64,000 bases of DNA from Fonticula-like sp. SCN 57-25 (lineage: Eukaryota): the NCBI GenBank assembly GCA_001724245.1, contig MEDX01000002.1, forward strand, positions 1 through 64,000, written 5' to 3'. Shown piece by piece: positions 51,130 to 64,000 of this stretch. A program made the translations under genes and the position numbers. Numbering within the stretch: the stretch's first letter is position 1; each line of letters begins with the position of its first letter. The notes under the pieces were generated by a model. It was given only the letters and a program-made list of their open reading frames with translations. It ran no database searches and was not told the DNA's origin.

Positions 51130-54100
51130 TTACAACGCCGTAAACGACCTCTCCCCCTTTTCCTCCCTCTGCCCCTCCTGCAGCGCCACACCACCCACAA
51201 CACTCTGCTGACTCACCACTTGACTTGTCACGTGACCATTTTGCTGACTCACCACTTGACCCCCAATCGCATTCTGAGCACCGACGGCCGCACTTGCCGC
51301 CGCCGCCGCCGCGTTAAATGTCTCGATCTGCTTCTGCAGCGCCACGCGATCCGCCGCGAGCTGCGTCCGGTGACGCGCCAAGTGCCGCCGCTCAGTTTCA
51401 AGCTGCGTTTCCATCGTCTCAAAGTGCGCCAACTTGATCTCGAGCTTGCGAAGTTGAAGTTCAACGACAGCGGCGACTTCGCGTTGCATCCGTCGCTCTT
51501 CAATTTCGGCAAGTGTCAAGGCGCGGGCGGCGGCGGCGCCAAAGGCAGCGCCAGCGGCACGAAGTTGAGCAGATTCGCTGGGGGCCACGTGGGCGGGGTC
51601 AGCGGGTTTTTCACTGTCCACTTCCATCGCATCATCTTCTTTTTTCTCTTCTTGAGGGGCAGCTGAATCGGACTTTTCATCCTTCTTGTCTTGTTGAGGG
51701 GCAGCCACATCAGACTTGTCTCCCTTCTTGCCATCTTCTTGAGGGGCAGCCAGACGGGCCTTGCGTTCTTCCGCAAGTGCTCGAAGTGCCGCTTGGGCCG
51801 CGCATGCTGCCACGTTGGGACTCACCGAGCTGGCCAAAAACGCCATAACAGTCATAACAGGGTTCTCTGCGCGCGTAAACGGCATTGTCGTCGCCGCCGC
51901 CGCCGCGATCGCCATCGATCCCGACAGATTCCCACCCCCCCCTTGCTGCATCACCGACTGCGCGATCGGCGCCGATGCCGGCTCGAGGAACGGATCTTCG
52001 ATGGGCAGCTGCAAAAAGTGCAGCAAGCACTGCTCGCGCGTGCGCGTCCCGACATGCTCAGCCACCTTATTCCAGTCCTCTTGAAACATTTCAATGCCCT
52101 CGAGCAGCAAAAACACTTCCTGCTCTGTCCACGCATCCTGCGTGTCGTGCCGCATCGCCGCCGTGTGCATGCGCACAAAGTCGCCCGAAAACATGGTGTG
52201 CGGAAAGCGACCCTCGAGGAAACAATTGGCGCACAGGTCAAACGGCTTGTCGCGCGCCGCGTGGTAGCGGTACCCCGCGATCAGCACACCGCACGACCAA
52301 CAATGCACACTGTCGCGCTTCCCCGCCGGCACACTCGCCAGCCGATCGCTGCTCACATTCGCCGACGCAGATCCGCCAGTGGCAAAAATGTCGCCCTTAA
52401 AGTCGAGCGAGCCCGTCACGCGCGGCGCCGCCACCGACGACCCCACCCCACTCTGCGCCTGCACTTGCCCACTTTGCCCGCCCTGCGCGCCGCCCGCGCC
52501 ACTGACAGCGTTGCCAGGCTTGGCCGCCGCGCCAATGGCCGTCGGCCTAAACAGCTCGAGCCCCTCTGGCACTTCCGCCGTCACCTCAAAGTGCGCCGTG
52601 AACGACGGCCCCATTGGCGACGGCCGCGTGTCCGGGTCCACCTGGTGGTTGATCAGCCCCCACTGCTCGAGAAAGGCGTGCACGCGGATGATGGCGCACA
52701 CGTCGCCGGTCAGGTTGCGGCGGCAGGCGGTGACGGTGAGGTACTCGTCGGGGTTGAGGCGGTACGTGTTGATCATAAAGTCGCGGTACTCTTTGTAGAT
52801 GGAGGGGGTTTTGGAGCGGTTGCGCTTGTTGAAGAATTCGGGAAGGGATCGGCTCTCAATCTGAAGGGGGCAATGGGGTTAGGAAAAGTAGCGAAAGAAG
52901 GGGAAGAGAAGAGGGAAAGAGGTATACAATGCACAAGTACATGATACAAAGTATAAGAAAAGTACATGACAAGTACATGATACAGAGTACATGATACAGA
53001 GTACGTGATACAGAGTACAAGTACATGATACCAAGAAAAAGTTCACAATACCAAGTACACAATACCATACCAAGTACATGATATCAAGTATCCAGTACAT
53101 GACACCAAAGTACATGATACAAAGTACATGATACAAAGTACACAACACAATACAAATTACATGATACATAGTACATGATACAAAGTACATGATACAAAGT
53201 ACAAGATATACAAGATACCATACAAGTACAAGTCAAGTACATGATACCAAGTACATGATACCAAGTACAAGTACAAACCAAATTCCATACAGCTACACCA
53301 CACCAATATCCACAAATTCCACTTGACCACAATTGCGTACATCGTTGATTTGATCAAAAGAGAACCACGCCGCATACGACGGAATCACCAACGCCCTCTT
53401 TTGCTGCGCCATCCTCGCCTCCACCTCCTCCTGCTCCGCCGCATCCACTTCAGTTCCATTCCCGCTACTCGCCACCTCACCACTGATGCTTGCCGGCGCA
53501 CGCGGCTCAGTGACGACGACCGGCGGGTGACCGGGGCCTTCCGACATGTTGCCGCTCGACAGGTTGGCCGTCGTGCCCGTCGGCAGCGGCTCGAGCTCAA
53601 TGGTGCGCCGTCCCGACTGTTTCATTTTTCCGGCTTCGGCTTGCAGGTCGACGGCGGCGGCGGGCGTCTCGAGCAGCGCGTCGGCGGTCGGCTCGGGCGC
53701 CGACGAGCGCGCGCGCTTCCTGGGCGCGCTCTCGTCGTCGTTGGCGGCGGACGCGGCGGCGGCGCGGCGGTTTTTCGCGTCGCGCGAGGCGGCGGACTTG
53801 GCGGGCGACGCCGCCTTGGTGCTGCTGCTGCTGGCGGCAGCGTCGGCGGCGTCGTCCTCGACCTCATAGTCCTCCTCGTTCATCCACTCGTTGAACTTTG
53901 CGCTGTCGAGCAGCCAGCGCGCAGAGACGCGCCAGCGGCCGCTGTGCGGGGGGGCGGGCTCGGGGTCGCCGGCGTCGGATTCGGGGACCCACGCGTCGTG
54001 GCTGTCGGGAAAGTACCACCAGTGGACGAGCGAGCGGGCGCCGGATCGCTCGAGCGTGCGGAACCAATCATCGTCATCGGCTTCTTCGGGGGCTTCAAAG

Positions 54101-54728
54101 GGGAAGAGCTCGTGAGTGATGTCGGAGGCCGAGCCGCCGACTTGCGCGCCGAGACGCTCGGCGGTGGCGCGAAGGGATGCCGCGGCATCAGACGGGATGT
54201 CGGGATGCAGCTGGATCACGGGGGAGCGCAAAAGACCGGCGGACTTGAGCGAGGCCGTGATGCCCATAAAAAGATCAATGTAGACGGAGCGGCGAGAGGG
54301 GGTCTGGAGATCAAGGCGGCGGAGATCGTTCGCGTGCTTCCACTCGAAAAGCTGGCGAAGGATCAGGGCGAGCGCGCCATTCGGGCGGTAATCCTTGAAA
54401 AGCTTGGTGGGAATGCGGACAATCGGCGGATCCTTGGCGGTCTTGCCGAGCGCATCTTCCTGGAATTGCTGAAGTGAAGCAGTGAGAAGAGAAAGCTCCT
54501 TGTTTGTCGGTTTCTATTAACAATAAAATGTTAATCTTCTGCGCAGGAGGGAAAACTACCACCAAACGGGCAGTGATTTCAGCAATCGAAAAAACGCACC
54601 TTGTCCTGCTCAAAGAGATGCGCCGACGACTTTTCAAGCGCAACGCGAATTGGCTCAAAAAGGTCCTGCGTCTCCTTTGCCTCGTAGTAGCGAAGGTCAG
54701 CGCCGCCCGTGCGCTGATGCGGCGCCAT
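51130..54728 (-). CDS. SMARCC: SWI/SNF core subunit SMARCC/Swi3 (N-terminal module, SWIRM, ZZ, SANT, leucine zipper), 2 introns
   Basis: IPSYAAWF, YRLNPDEYLTVTACRRNLTGDVCAIIRVHAFLEQWGLIN, WTEQE..LLLEG, VHWWYFPDSHDAW, FNEWMNEEDYEV. Confidence 0.96.
52920..53290. repeat. Intronic island (AAGTACATGATAC)
   Basis: Visible degenerate tandem words of 14-15 nt. Confidence 0.9.
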
Positions 54729-55288
54729 GGTGGCCTGTCCTTTCACCCGACCGACCTGAACGCGCGCGCGAAAAAAGGTGGGTGCAAAGTGTGATATGCG
54801 TCTCTATTCACTTGGCATCTTTAATTGCATCAGATCTGATTCCTGATTTCGTCTGATTCCCGCCGAAACATCCTTTTCTTTCTGGCTGATGATGCCCGGC
54901 CTTTGGATGCGCAGATGGTGAAGGCGCATCGCCAGGTTCAGCGTCACCGAGCGGTGCGCCGAATCCACGGCGGCCCCTACAACCGCCTTAATGTGTTTCT
55001 TTTCGTTATTGTACCCATATTTAATGGCCAATATGACTCTTTTGTGCCTCATTTCTGCCTATTCTCTGCGCATAAATACTCTTCAATTTTTGTCTTCTAA
55101 ATGCATTTGACGGCATGCGAGATACAAAACCGAGCAAAACATGGTACAAAACGGCTTGACAAAATACGCTTGTCCGTGCTGGAACAAAACACAAATCCAC
55201 TTTGGATAAAACCACCATCAAAATCGAAATATCGCATCATGAAAAATAACAGGCTAGGTGCGGCAAACAAACGCAATCACGTGACGAC

Positions 55289-57121
55289 CTACTTGGTCGC
55301 GTCGATCGACTGCCTCAACGTGTCCTTGTACGAAATGATGTCGCCCTCCCAGCGCGTGATGGTCCCCTTGTCGCAGATCCAAATCTCCTCGGCCACCTGG
55401 TTGATCAGGCGGAAATCGTGACTCACGAGCACGACGCCGCCCTCAAAGTCGTTGATGGCCGCCGCGAGCGAGTCGATCGTCTCGAGGTCCAAGTGGTTGG
55501 TCGGCTCGTCGAGCAGCAGGAGGTGAGGCTGCAGCTGCGCGAGCCACGCAAAGATGATGCGGCAGCGCTGGCCGTCCGACAGGTTGCGGATGATGGTCGT
55601 CTGCTCCTTGCCAGTGATGCCAAAGCGGCCGACGAGGCGGCGCATGTCCTCCTCGGTGAGCACGTTCGGGAACGTCTTGTGCATCCAGTCGAGCGGCGTC
55701 ATGTTCATGTCGAGGATGTCCTGAAGGTGCTGGTGGTAGCGAGCGACCTTGAGGTGCATGTGGCGGCGGATCTGGCCCTTGGTGGGGGTCAGCTCGCCGT
55801 CCAGCAGCTTGAGAAGCGTCGACTTGCCGGCGCCGTTCGGGCCCACGAGCGCCACGCGCGTGTCGAGGTCAATGCCAAAGTCAAGGTCGTTGTAGATCGG
55901 CGGCGTGCCGTTCTGGTAGTCAAAGGCAACGTTCTGGATCATGAGCACCGGCGGCGGGAGCTTGCCGCAGTCAGGGAAGGAGAACTGGAGCACGCGGTCC
56001 TTGACGACCTGCTCAGTGAGGCCGCTCGAGACGACCTTGCTGAGGAGCTTCTCCTTACTCTTGGCCTGGCGGGCGAGCTTGGCGTTACCGTGACCGAAGC
56101 GCGCAATGTACTCCTTCATGTGCTTGATCTGGTCCTGCTCCCACTGGTAGCGCTTGTTCTGGTTCTCCTCGAGCTCAGAGCGCGTCTTGATGAACTGGTC
56201 ATAGTTGCCAGAGTAGTACTTGAGCTGCTTCTGCTGCATGTGGATGATGTTGGTGCACACGCCGTTCAAAAAGTCCTGCGAGTGCGAGATGAGCACCAGG
56301 ATGCGGTTGTACTTGCTGAGCTCCTCCTCGAGCCACACGCAGGCCTCGAGATCCAGATGGTTGGTCGGCTCGTCGAGAAGAAGGAGCGCGGGGCGGACAA
56401 AGAGCGCGCGGGCGAGCGCGATACGCATGCGCCAACCTCCGGAAAAGTCGCGCGTCTTCTTGGCCTGCATCGCCTTGGTGAAGCCGAGACCGGCAAGCAG
56501 CTTGGCGGCGCGCGTCTCGGCAACCTCAGCGTCGAGCTCGTCAAGGCGCTCGTACAGGGTCATGAGGTAGTCGCTCTCGGCGCCCTCGGTGGCGATGACG
56601 CGCTCGGTCTCGGCCTCGAGCCAGAGACGCTCAGAGTCGACCTCCATGACGCACTCGAGCGCGGTCTTGTCCGACGCCTCGATCTCAGACTTGAGGTGGA
56701 AAATGTCAATGTGGTTGGGGATGGGGAGGTCGCGCTCGCCGAGGGACGCGAGCAGCGTCGACTTGCCGCATCCGTTGGCGCCAATGAGACCATAGCGGCG
56801 GCCACAGTTGAGGTCGACCTTGGAGTCGGTCAGCAGCTCCACACCATAGTACGTGATCGAAAAGTTGTGGATCTGGACGTCGCGCGACTGCATGTGCGAC
56901 GTGATCTGGCCCGTCACCGTGCGCGCGGCGGCGGCCTCGGCGGCGCTGATCTCCTCGACGCCAATTGGGCTGCTGCTGCGAGGCGTATCGGAAGCGGTGC
57001 CGGGCTGCGAGTCGTTGATGTCGAGGTCATCCATGGCCTGCTCGGCAGTCTTGCCCTTGCCGACGGTCGTGCTCTTCTCCTTCTTCTTCAGAGCGCGCTT
57101 CTTGGCAGCATCAGACACCAT
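55289..57121 (-). CDS. ABCF2: ABC-F family ATPase ABCF2/Arb1, intronless CDS
   Basis: Two ABC cassettes: [42 protein letters not shown]. Confidence 0.97.
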   Translation of the reverse strand: MVSDAAKKRALKKKEKSTTVGKGKTAEQAMDDLDINDSQPGTASDTPRSSSPIGVEEISAAEAAAARTVTGQITSHMQSRDVQIHNFSITYYGVELLTDSKVDLNCGRRYGLIGANGCGKSTLLASLGERDLPIPNHIDIFHLKSEIEASDKTALECVMEVDSERLWLEAETERVIATEGAESDYLMTLYERLDELDAEVAETRAAKLLAGLGFTKAMQAKKTRDFSGGWRMRIALARALFVRPALLLLDEPTNHLDLEACVWLEEELSKYNRILVLISHSQDFLNGVCTNIIHMQQKQLKYYSGNYDQFIKTRSELEENQNKRYQWEQDQIKHMKEYIARFGHGNAKLARQAKSKEKLLSKVVSSGLTEQVVKDRVLQFSFPDCGKLPPPVLMIQNVAFDYQNGTPPIYNDLDFGIDLDTRVALVGPNGAGKSTLLKLLDGELTPTKGQIRRHMHLKVARYHQHLQDILDMNMTPLDWMHKTFPNVLTEEDMRRLVGRFGITGKEQTTIIRNLSDGQRCRIIFAWLAQLQPHLLLLDEPTNHLDLETIDSLAAAINDFEGGVVLVSHDFRLINQVAEEIWICDKGTITRWEGDIISYKDTLRQSIDATK

Positions 57122-57238
57122 GTTGTCTCTTTCCTTGATCCGCGCGGGAGGGGGTAACAACTAGAAGTGTGGCGCGGAAAGGCCATGTGCCACGTGGCAA
57201 TATCGCCCAATCACTCTTGTGGCAGTGACGTGGCAGGG

Positions 57239-57293
57239 GTGTGACAGGGCTGTATCCACGTGGCAGATGTGTGACAGGGCTGTATCCACGTGG
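57239..57293. repeat. Direct repeat, 2 x GTGTGACAGGGCTGTATCCACGTGG, period 30
   Basis: Exact copies at 57239-57263 and 57269-57293, upstream of ABCF2. Confidence 0.9.
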
Positions 57294-57463
57294 TCGTGGT
57301 GACGCAATTTGTGCCATCGCGGACGGAAATCGGGAAAGGGGCGGGAAAGTGACAGGCATTCTGAGGGATGTTTTATAAAGAGAAAAGGAAAAGGAAAATA
57401 GAGGAAGGTGTGGGCAAAGAGTAAAAGTCAGGAAAAGCAACATTCACGTGTGACTAGAGCCTT

Positions 57464-58948
57464 TTACGTCTTGGGGCGGATAGACACCTTACCCTGCCGC
57501 AAGTGTTGCAAAAGGATCTTGGTTTTTGATCCGTCCGTCCGCCTCACGGCAATCTAAAGAAATCGTCAGCGAAAATAATGTTGTTGTTAGAGGCGCGTAC
57601 CTCGGAGCTGTTGACGGCGGTGATCGTGCCGGGGAAGCGACTCGATTCGCGGTTCTCGATATAAATCTGACCACCGCGCGAGTACCGATTCCCCTGGTAC
57701 ATAATCGAGTTATTCTCATAAATTACCTCGTCCATCTCCTGCTCGCGCGCATCCTTGGCAACTGTGGTCATTGTCAGTATACAAAAAGGGGAAAAAAAGC
57801 ATTGGCGCACCAGCGGCAGCTCGGCGCGTCGCCACGGCGGGGTTGGCCTAGTATGGCGTCAGCAAAACAAACATGGAATCAGCATGCGTACGCTGGTGAT
57901 TATCAAAAGATCCTCGAGGATTTCGTTGTCCTTGAGAGCGTGCTGGATAGTGGGACCTGCACAGACGCGCGTCAGCACAAAAAAACCACAAAAAAAGCGG
58001 CGCGCACCGCTCAGCACGCGGCGCTTTGCCGTCTTGGTGTCCATCGGCTCGACGCCGCCGCGCCTCCTGAGCTTGCGCAGCGGGGCCAGGCGGCTGCCCA
58101 TCTCGGACGCGAGCTCTATATAAAGCAGAAAATGGTCAGAAAAAAGGGTTAACTTGGCGGGAAAGATCGCACCGGTCGTGATGTCTATGCTGCCCTTCTC
58201 CTCCTCGAGGCGCTTGCGCTTGTCCTGCAGCGACGAGATCATGCGCTCGCGGACGCTCTGCACCTCGCCCTATATCAGCATGGGTTAGATCACGAAAAAA
58301 GAGCGGTGATGATGCCGCACGGCATAGTCAGTGTCGGCGCCGTTCTTGTCCTGCGTGCAGACGGCCTCGATGGTCTCGAGCTGGCACGTGCGCCACATCT
58401 CGGCCATCTCCAGGCGCTCAGCGCGCCTCTGCTCGAGCATCTGGATCGACTCGACAAACTCGGGATGCTCGCCTGCGGAACGCATCACGAGCCATGTTAG
58501 GTGGGATCAACATCAAAAGAAAGAGGGACGTGGGCGTACCGGCGGCCACCTGCTGGATCTCGCCGTCCAGGCTGTGGAGCTTTTCCTGGTACAGGCTGCA
58601 TATTCAAACACAGTCAGTAACAGTAAAGCAAAAAAAGCGCTTGAAAAGAGAAAGGGCGCACCGATCCTTGAGCTCTGAGAATTCCTTCTCGATGCGCGAC
58701 ATTTGCTCGAGGGCTTCCTGGCGGCGGCCCTCGCTGCCGTCGGCATCAGCCTCGCCTGCGCCACACAATTAGCGGCAAATAAAACACAAAAACGTTGACG
58801 CACCGTCGGTGGAGTCGTACTCCTCCTCGGCCGTGTTTTCGGCCTGCTCGCGAGCGTCGGCAGTCTCGCCCATCACGAGCTCGGTCTCGCTGTCGCTGTC
58901 ATCACCGCCCGCGTTCGCGAGCAGCATCGCCTTTGAGGTCGGCGCCAT
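57464..58948 (-). CDS. SDS3: Sds3/BRMS1-like Sin3-HDAC subunit, about 7 introns
   Basis: EKEFSELKDRLYQEKL, GEHPEF, KLRRR, GPTIQHALKDNEILEDL, C-terminal RRTDGSKTKI..LRQGK. Confidence 0.82.
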
Positions 58949-59212
58949 GATTTCACTCACCAACGTTCACGCGCAATAACACCTAGGCTGTGTGCAAAGC
59001 GCGGCCTACCTGCAAGCGGGGATCGGTCCCCTGCTGCCCGTGGCGATCCCTAAAACACCGCCGAAACCGCAGTGATGCGAAATGGCAACAGGGCTGCCAC
59101 ACCAATGTGCACAACATTGTGAGATTGGTATTGTCACAGCCGTGCGGGCAACCTTGTGCGCAGGCCGCAAGCCTGTCTCTTGTCCTTGATTGCCCAACCA
59201 GCAACCCACGCG

Positions 59213-61496
59213 ATGTCGTCGACGAGCGCTGCGCCGGCCCCGTCCCCCGCGGCGGAGGGCAAGCCCGTCTACGTGTCCGAAGCCAAGGGCAGCGACGAGA
59301 CCGGAGACGGCTCCGAGGCCAAGCCGTTCAAGACGGCGCTTCACGCGCTGTCGCTCGACATCAACGCCATCGTTTTTGTCGAGGGCGCCGAGGGGTTCGC
59401 AAAGATCTCTGATGCCGGCCTGAAGAAGCAGAAGAAGCAGTTGGAGCTCAACGAGAAGAAGGCCGCCAAGGCCGCTCAGCTCGCCGCCGCCGCCGCCCAA
59501 AAGGTACTTTTTTTTGGTCCTTTTCCCTCTTTTTCTGCCTTTTTTCCTTGCTTACGCGTGGACGATTCCAGGCCGAGGAGGAAGCGCGCCGTCTCGAAGA
59601 GGCCAAAAAGATCGTTCTCGTCGAGGACGCCTCTCTCCCCGCCGCCGTCCAGATCAAGATCCGCGAAGGCAAGGAGCACCGCGGCAAGCGCGTCAAGATC
59701 AGCGGCTGGGTCCATCGCCTCCGCTCGCAGGGCAAGGCGCTCCTCTTCATCGTCCTCCGCGATGGCACTGGCCTCGTGCAGTGCGTCCTCAACGACCGCC
59801 TCGTACGCCTTTTTGCAGCTTTTTTGCACCTTTTTCTAATGAATTTTGCAGTGCCAGACGTACAATGCGCTGACGCTGACGCGCGAGAGCACCGTGACGA
59901 TCTATGGCGTGCTCACTGAGGTGCCCGAGGGCCAGTCGGCCGAGGGCGGCCACGAGCTCAAGGCGGACTACTGGGAGCTCGTCGCGGCGGCGCCCGGCGG
60001 CGCAGAGTCGGCCGACAACAAGTTTAACACGGAGAGCAACCCTGATGTGCTCCTGGACAACCGCCACATGGTCCTTCGTGGTGACAAGGGTACGAATTGT
60101 GGGGTTTTTTGTGGGGTTTTGTGTGTTTTGTAGAGTGTTTTTACACTCTTTTTGTACCTTTTGTGACATTTTTGCCCTTATTTTTTTAGTTTTTGTGTCT
60201 TTTTCGCCCATTTTTTCCCCTTTCTGTGTCTTTTTGCGCGCTTTTTCCACTTTTTCCACACTTTTTTCCCCACTTTTCCCCACTTTTCCCCACTTTTTCC
60301 TCACTAAATTTCTCTTTCTCAGCCTCCAAGATCCTCAAGGTCCGCGCTGTCGTCCTCAAAGCCTTCCGCGACCACTTTTACGACCGCGGCTACTTTGAAG
60401 TCACCCCCCCCTGCATGGTCCAAACCCAGGTCGAAGGCGGCTCAACCCTATTCGAATTCGACTATTACGGCGAGCCCGCTTACCTCACGCAGTCGTCCCA
60501 GCTGTACCTCGAGACGGTCATTCCCTCGCTCGGCGACGTTTACTGCATTCAAGAGTCGTTTAGGGCGGAAAAGTCGCGCACGCGTCGTCACCTGAGTGAG
60601 TATACGCACTTGGAGGCGGAGTGTCCGTTTATCGATTTTGACGAGTTGCTCAACCGTGTCGAAGACCTCGTACGTAGCATAAAAGTGTTTTTAATGTGGA
60701 AATAGAGTGTTTTTGGTGTGGAAATGGTCGTTTTTTGGTTGGTTTTGGGTGGTTTTTGGTCGTGTTTTGGTACTTTTGGGTTGTTTTTGGTCATTTTTTC
60801 GATACTTTTTAGAGTGTTTTTGGACATGTTTTTGATACTTTTTGCTTGTTTTTTATCACTTTTTGCCACTTTTCACTCACTTTTTACTTACCTCTCCTCT
60901 CTTTTCTTCCCTTCCCTTAGATTACGGATGTTGTTGCGCGCGTTCAGTCGAGCCCCTTTGCTCATCTCCTCACCGAGCTCAACCCCACTTTTGTCGCCCC
61001 CAAGAAGCCCTTCCGCCGCATGGCCTACGCCGACGGCATCAAGTGGCTCAACGAGCACGGCATCAAGAAAGACGACGGCACCGACTTTGTCTTTGGCGAG
61101 GACATTAACGAAGCCCCCGAGCGCAAGATGACGGACGCCATCAACGAGCCGATCTTGTTTTGCCGCTTCCCCGCCGAGATCAAGTCGTTCTACATGCAGC
61201 GCTGCGCGGACGACCGCCGCGTGACCGAGTCTGTCGACGTTCTCATGCCGGGCGTCGGCGAGATCGTCGGCGGGTCGATGCGCATCTGGGACATTGCCGA
61301 GCTGATGGAGGGGTACAAGCGGGAGGGGATCGATCCGTCGCCGTACTATTGGTTTACGGATCAGCGCAAGTATGGCGCGTGCCCGCATGGGGGGTATGGG
61401 CTGGGCGTGGAGAGGTTCTTGACGTGGCTGCTGGGGTTGGAGCACATTAGGGAGGTGTGCATGTACCCGAGGTTTGTCGGGAGATGCAAGCCGTGA
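59213..61496 (+). CDS. NARS: Cytoplasmic asparaginyl-tRNA synthetase, 4 introns
   Basis: [70 protein letters not shown]. Confidence 0.98.
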
Positions 61497-62032
61497 AAAG
61501 GGCAGATGATGATGAGAATAAAATTGCCAGAGAATAAATTGCCAGTTCATTAAATATGTTATTTAAAAAGGGAATAGTACATATTCAAAAGTATAATATG
61601 CTGTAGTACAGCAGTGCACTGCAACATGCTCATGGTCATCGTATGTACATCATATCATGATTGGCATGGTGACCGGCATTGCCATCGTACATGACATTTC
61701 TCATGCGGGTCATCTGCAATTTAGCACATTAATATGTCGTATTTCTTTCATATTTGCTTACAATTTCCTGCATTCAAGCATGTATAACGCTTGCTTTCCA
61801 GTTCTATATTTCCTTTTCATACGTGCATGCTCATGCTACATCTTTCCCACATCATCCACGTGGCATCTAAGGATCCACGTGGCCAACGACCGTGTTTTGT
61901 TGTGCTTTGGTCGGGTAAGATCGCAGGCGCGCCATCAGTTCAACTTTTTCTCTGCTGCTGGTGACTCTACCGCTGCACTGAACCCCATTCCGCGTCTGTC
62001 TCTGCTGCTGGTCACATTGCCTCTTTGCTGAA

Positions 62033-63923
62033 ATGGCCGGTCTGAACGCCTATTTTGCTGATCGCTTCGGCTCGACCGATGACTTTGATGAAGAGGATTC
62101 CGATGCCGCCTCTGACGAGTATGACGAGCCGCATGCCGATGAAGGCGCCGCCTCTGGCCTCGCCGACAAGCCGCTCTCCTCTTCCCGCCCCTCCATGACG
62201 ATCCTCGACGGCCCCCAGCACGATCTCGAGGCCGTCAGCGACGAGGAAGAGATGGATTCCTTTGACGAGTCCTTTAACGATCTCGCCGACATCCCCGTCT
62301 CGCCCGTCCCCATTTCATCCTCGATGCTCAACGACACTGCTCCGACGCCCGTTGCCGTCAAGGACACTCCCCGCAAGCCGCGCGTCGTCGGCCGCGCCTC
62401 GCCTCTCCGCCAATCCCGCGTCGCCGAGCTGAGCGGCTCCCCGATGCCCGCATCCCCCAAGGATGCCCTCGAGTCGTCGTCATCCTCGGCATCATCCCCG
62501 TCATCTCCTTCCTCTGACTTTGCCTCTTCGAACCTGAAGCGCAGCAGCTCCTCCGCGAGCCGCGTGAGCGCGCTGTCGCGCAGCGGCACGACCGCGCGCC
62601 GCGCCGCCGAAGCGACGATCAACCGCATCAAGCACAAGCTCAAGATGCCCGCCGGCGAAAAAGAGTCGCTTTATGTGCCGTTTGTGACGGCGGCGTCGGG
62701 GTCGACGGAGGTGCTGGGGGCGCTGCCGGCGAACACGCTCGAGGCGTTTCACGCGTGGTCGGCCAACAGGAAGCTGCAGCCGTCCAAGCAGACGTACGAG
62801 AGGGGATGAATGGGAATGGGAAAGTGTGGGAAAAAGTGTTGTTTGGTGACATTTTGTGTCATTTTACATCACTTTACATCATTTTATGTCACTTTTTGTG
62901 TCATTTTAGATCACTTTTTGGTGTCATAGTGTGTCATGTTGATTTTCAATTGTGTGTTCATGTGAACAATATTGGTAATTTTGTGTTACTTTTGTGTTAC
63001 TTTTGATATCATTTTATATCACTTTTGATGTCATTTTGTGTCACTTTTGTATCACTTTACTTTATTTTTGTATCATTTTATGTCATTTTGCCTCCTTTTT
63101 TCGTACTTTTTCCCTCCTTTTCTCCCCACTTACTAATTCTCTCTTTCTCTTCAGTTTCTTTGATACTGTTGGTGCGATGAGCAGCAATTTGTTTGAGATT
63201 TGCTTTTACGCCAATGGCGAAACATCCGCGCCTTATCTTCTCGACATTTGCTTTGGCACACTTGTTGTGCGTTCGTGGGAAACTGGCGCTGTTCTGAGAG
63301 AGTTTCCCTATTCAATCATCAAGAGGTGCGAAAGAAGAATAAGAATATGTTGGGATGAATGTAGAGCGTATATTGAATGGTTATTGTGGTTATTGTGGTT
63401 GTTATTATGTATGACTATCATATGTGACTCATGTATGGTATCATATGTGAGCACTATGGTATCATATGTGTCACTATTACTTATCATATGTGATCATTAT
63501 GGTATTATATGTGACTCAGTTATGGTATCATATATGATACTTTTACTTCATATATGGTCATTTATGGTATCATATGTGTCACTTTTCCGTATCATATGTG
63601 ATACTTTTACCTATGATTTTGACACTTTTACCTATCATTGTGACACTTTTCCTTTTCATATCTGATCATCATTATGTCACTTTTCCTATTCATTTTCCCT
63701 TTTCTATATTTACTTACGCTATTCCCTTAGTCTTTACCATTCTGTTGCTGACAAGAATGGAAATCGCCATCTTGTTTTCGAATTCGTCCGAAATGCTGAC
63801 ACACTCTCTGAGACTGGCAAGGTCCACGTGGCCCGCCATGCACTTGTCACGGAAGATCGCGAGACGCTCTATAGTGAGATTAAGAGTGCCATGCTGGCGC
63901 AGACAAAGAGGGCGAGCACGTGA
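62033..63923 (+). CDS. Uncharacterised protein: acidic Ser-rich disordered N-terminus, possible PH/PTB-like C-terminal domain, 2 long introns
   Basis: Exons about 62033-62792, 63155-63326 and 63731-63923 join in frame through GTRCG..AG; C-terminal beta strands plus a final helix. Confidence 0.6.
63410..63680. repeat. Intronic island (TATCATATGTG)
   Basis: Visible degenerate tandem words. Confidence 0.88.
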
Positions 63924-64000
63924 TTATGGTCACGTGATTGTGGTCATGTGATTGGGTCATGTGATTGGGTATAGATTTCCCTTTTGCGGGCAATAAGAAG

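Noticed and set aside
54882-54990. tRNA-Sec, U1 or U11 identity for the structured segment
   Set aside because: Lacks a T-loop/anticodon layout, the U1 or U11 5' sequence and a clear Sm site; kept only as an unidentified candidate
55418-57157. 579-aa + strand ORF, and similar long antisense ORFs at 51691, 53323 and 46788
   Set aside because: Antisense shadows of GC3-rich genes, with no recognisable domains

Overview
Gene-dense (about 35 protein genes in 64 kb), GC-rich, intron-rich eukaryotic DNA. Gene content suggests a unicellular opisthokont or close relative, but the species cannot be named from sequence alone. Most genes are housekeeping: H2B, enolase, ETFB, QDPR, NSE1, CLPTM1, TDP1, PDF, GGTase-I beta, CysRS, AsnRS, ABCF2, SMARCC/Swi3, Sds3, HSF, bZIP, bHLH-ZIP. 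They often sit in divergent pairs only 60-200 bp apart. There is one degenerate Ty3/gypsy remnant and a probable MITE. Main observations: (1) 5' splice sites are almost all GTRCG, with C at +4 instead of A/T, which predicts an altered U1 or U6 snRNA. (2) Every 1-3 kb there is an AT-rich, CpG-poor imperfect-repeat island, in an intron or a convergent intergenic gap. Each is flanked by G-rich then C-rich sequence whatever the gene strand. (3) Dense CACGTG clusters lie beside these islands, including inside coding exons, where they appear to shape the protein sequence. (4) A circularly permuted, acid-residue-degenerate choice-of-anchor I/MSP130-like surface protein is present. Exon boundaries and motif counts were read by eye and are approximate.
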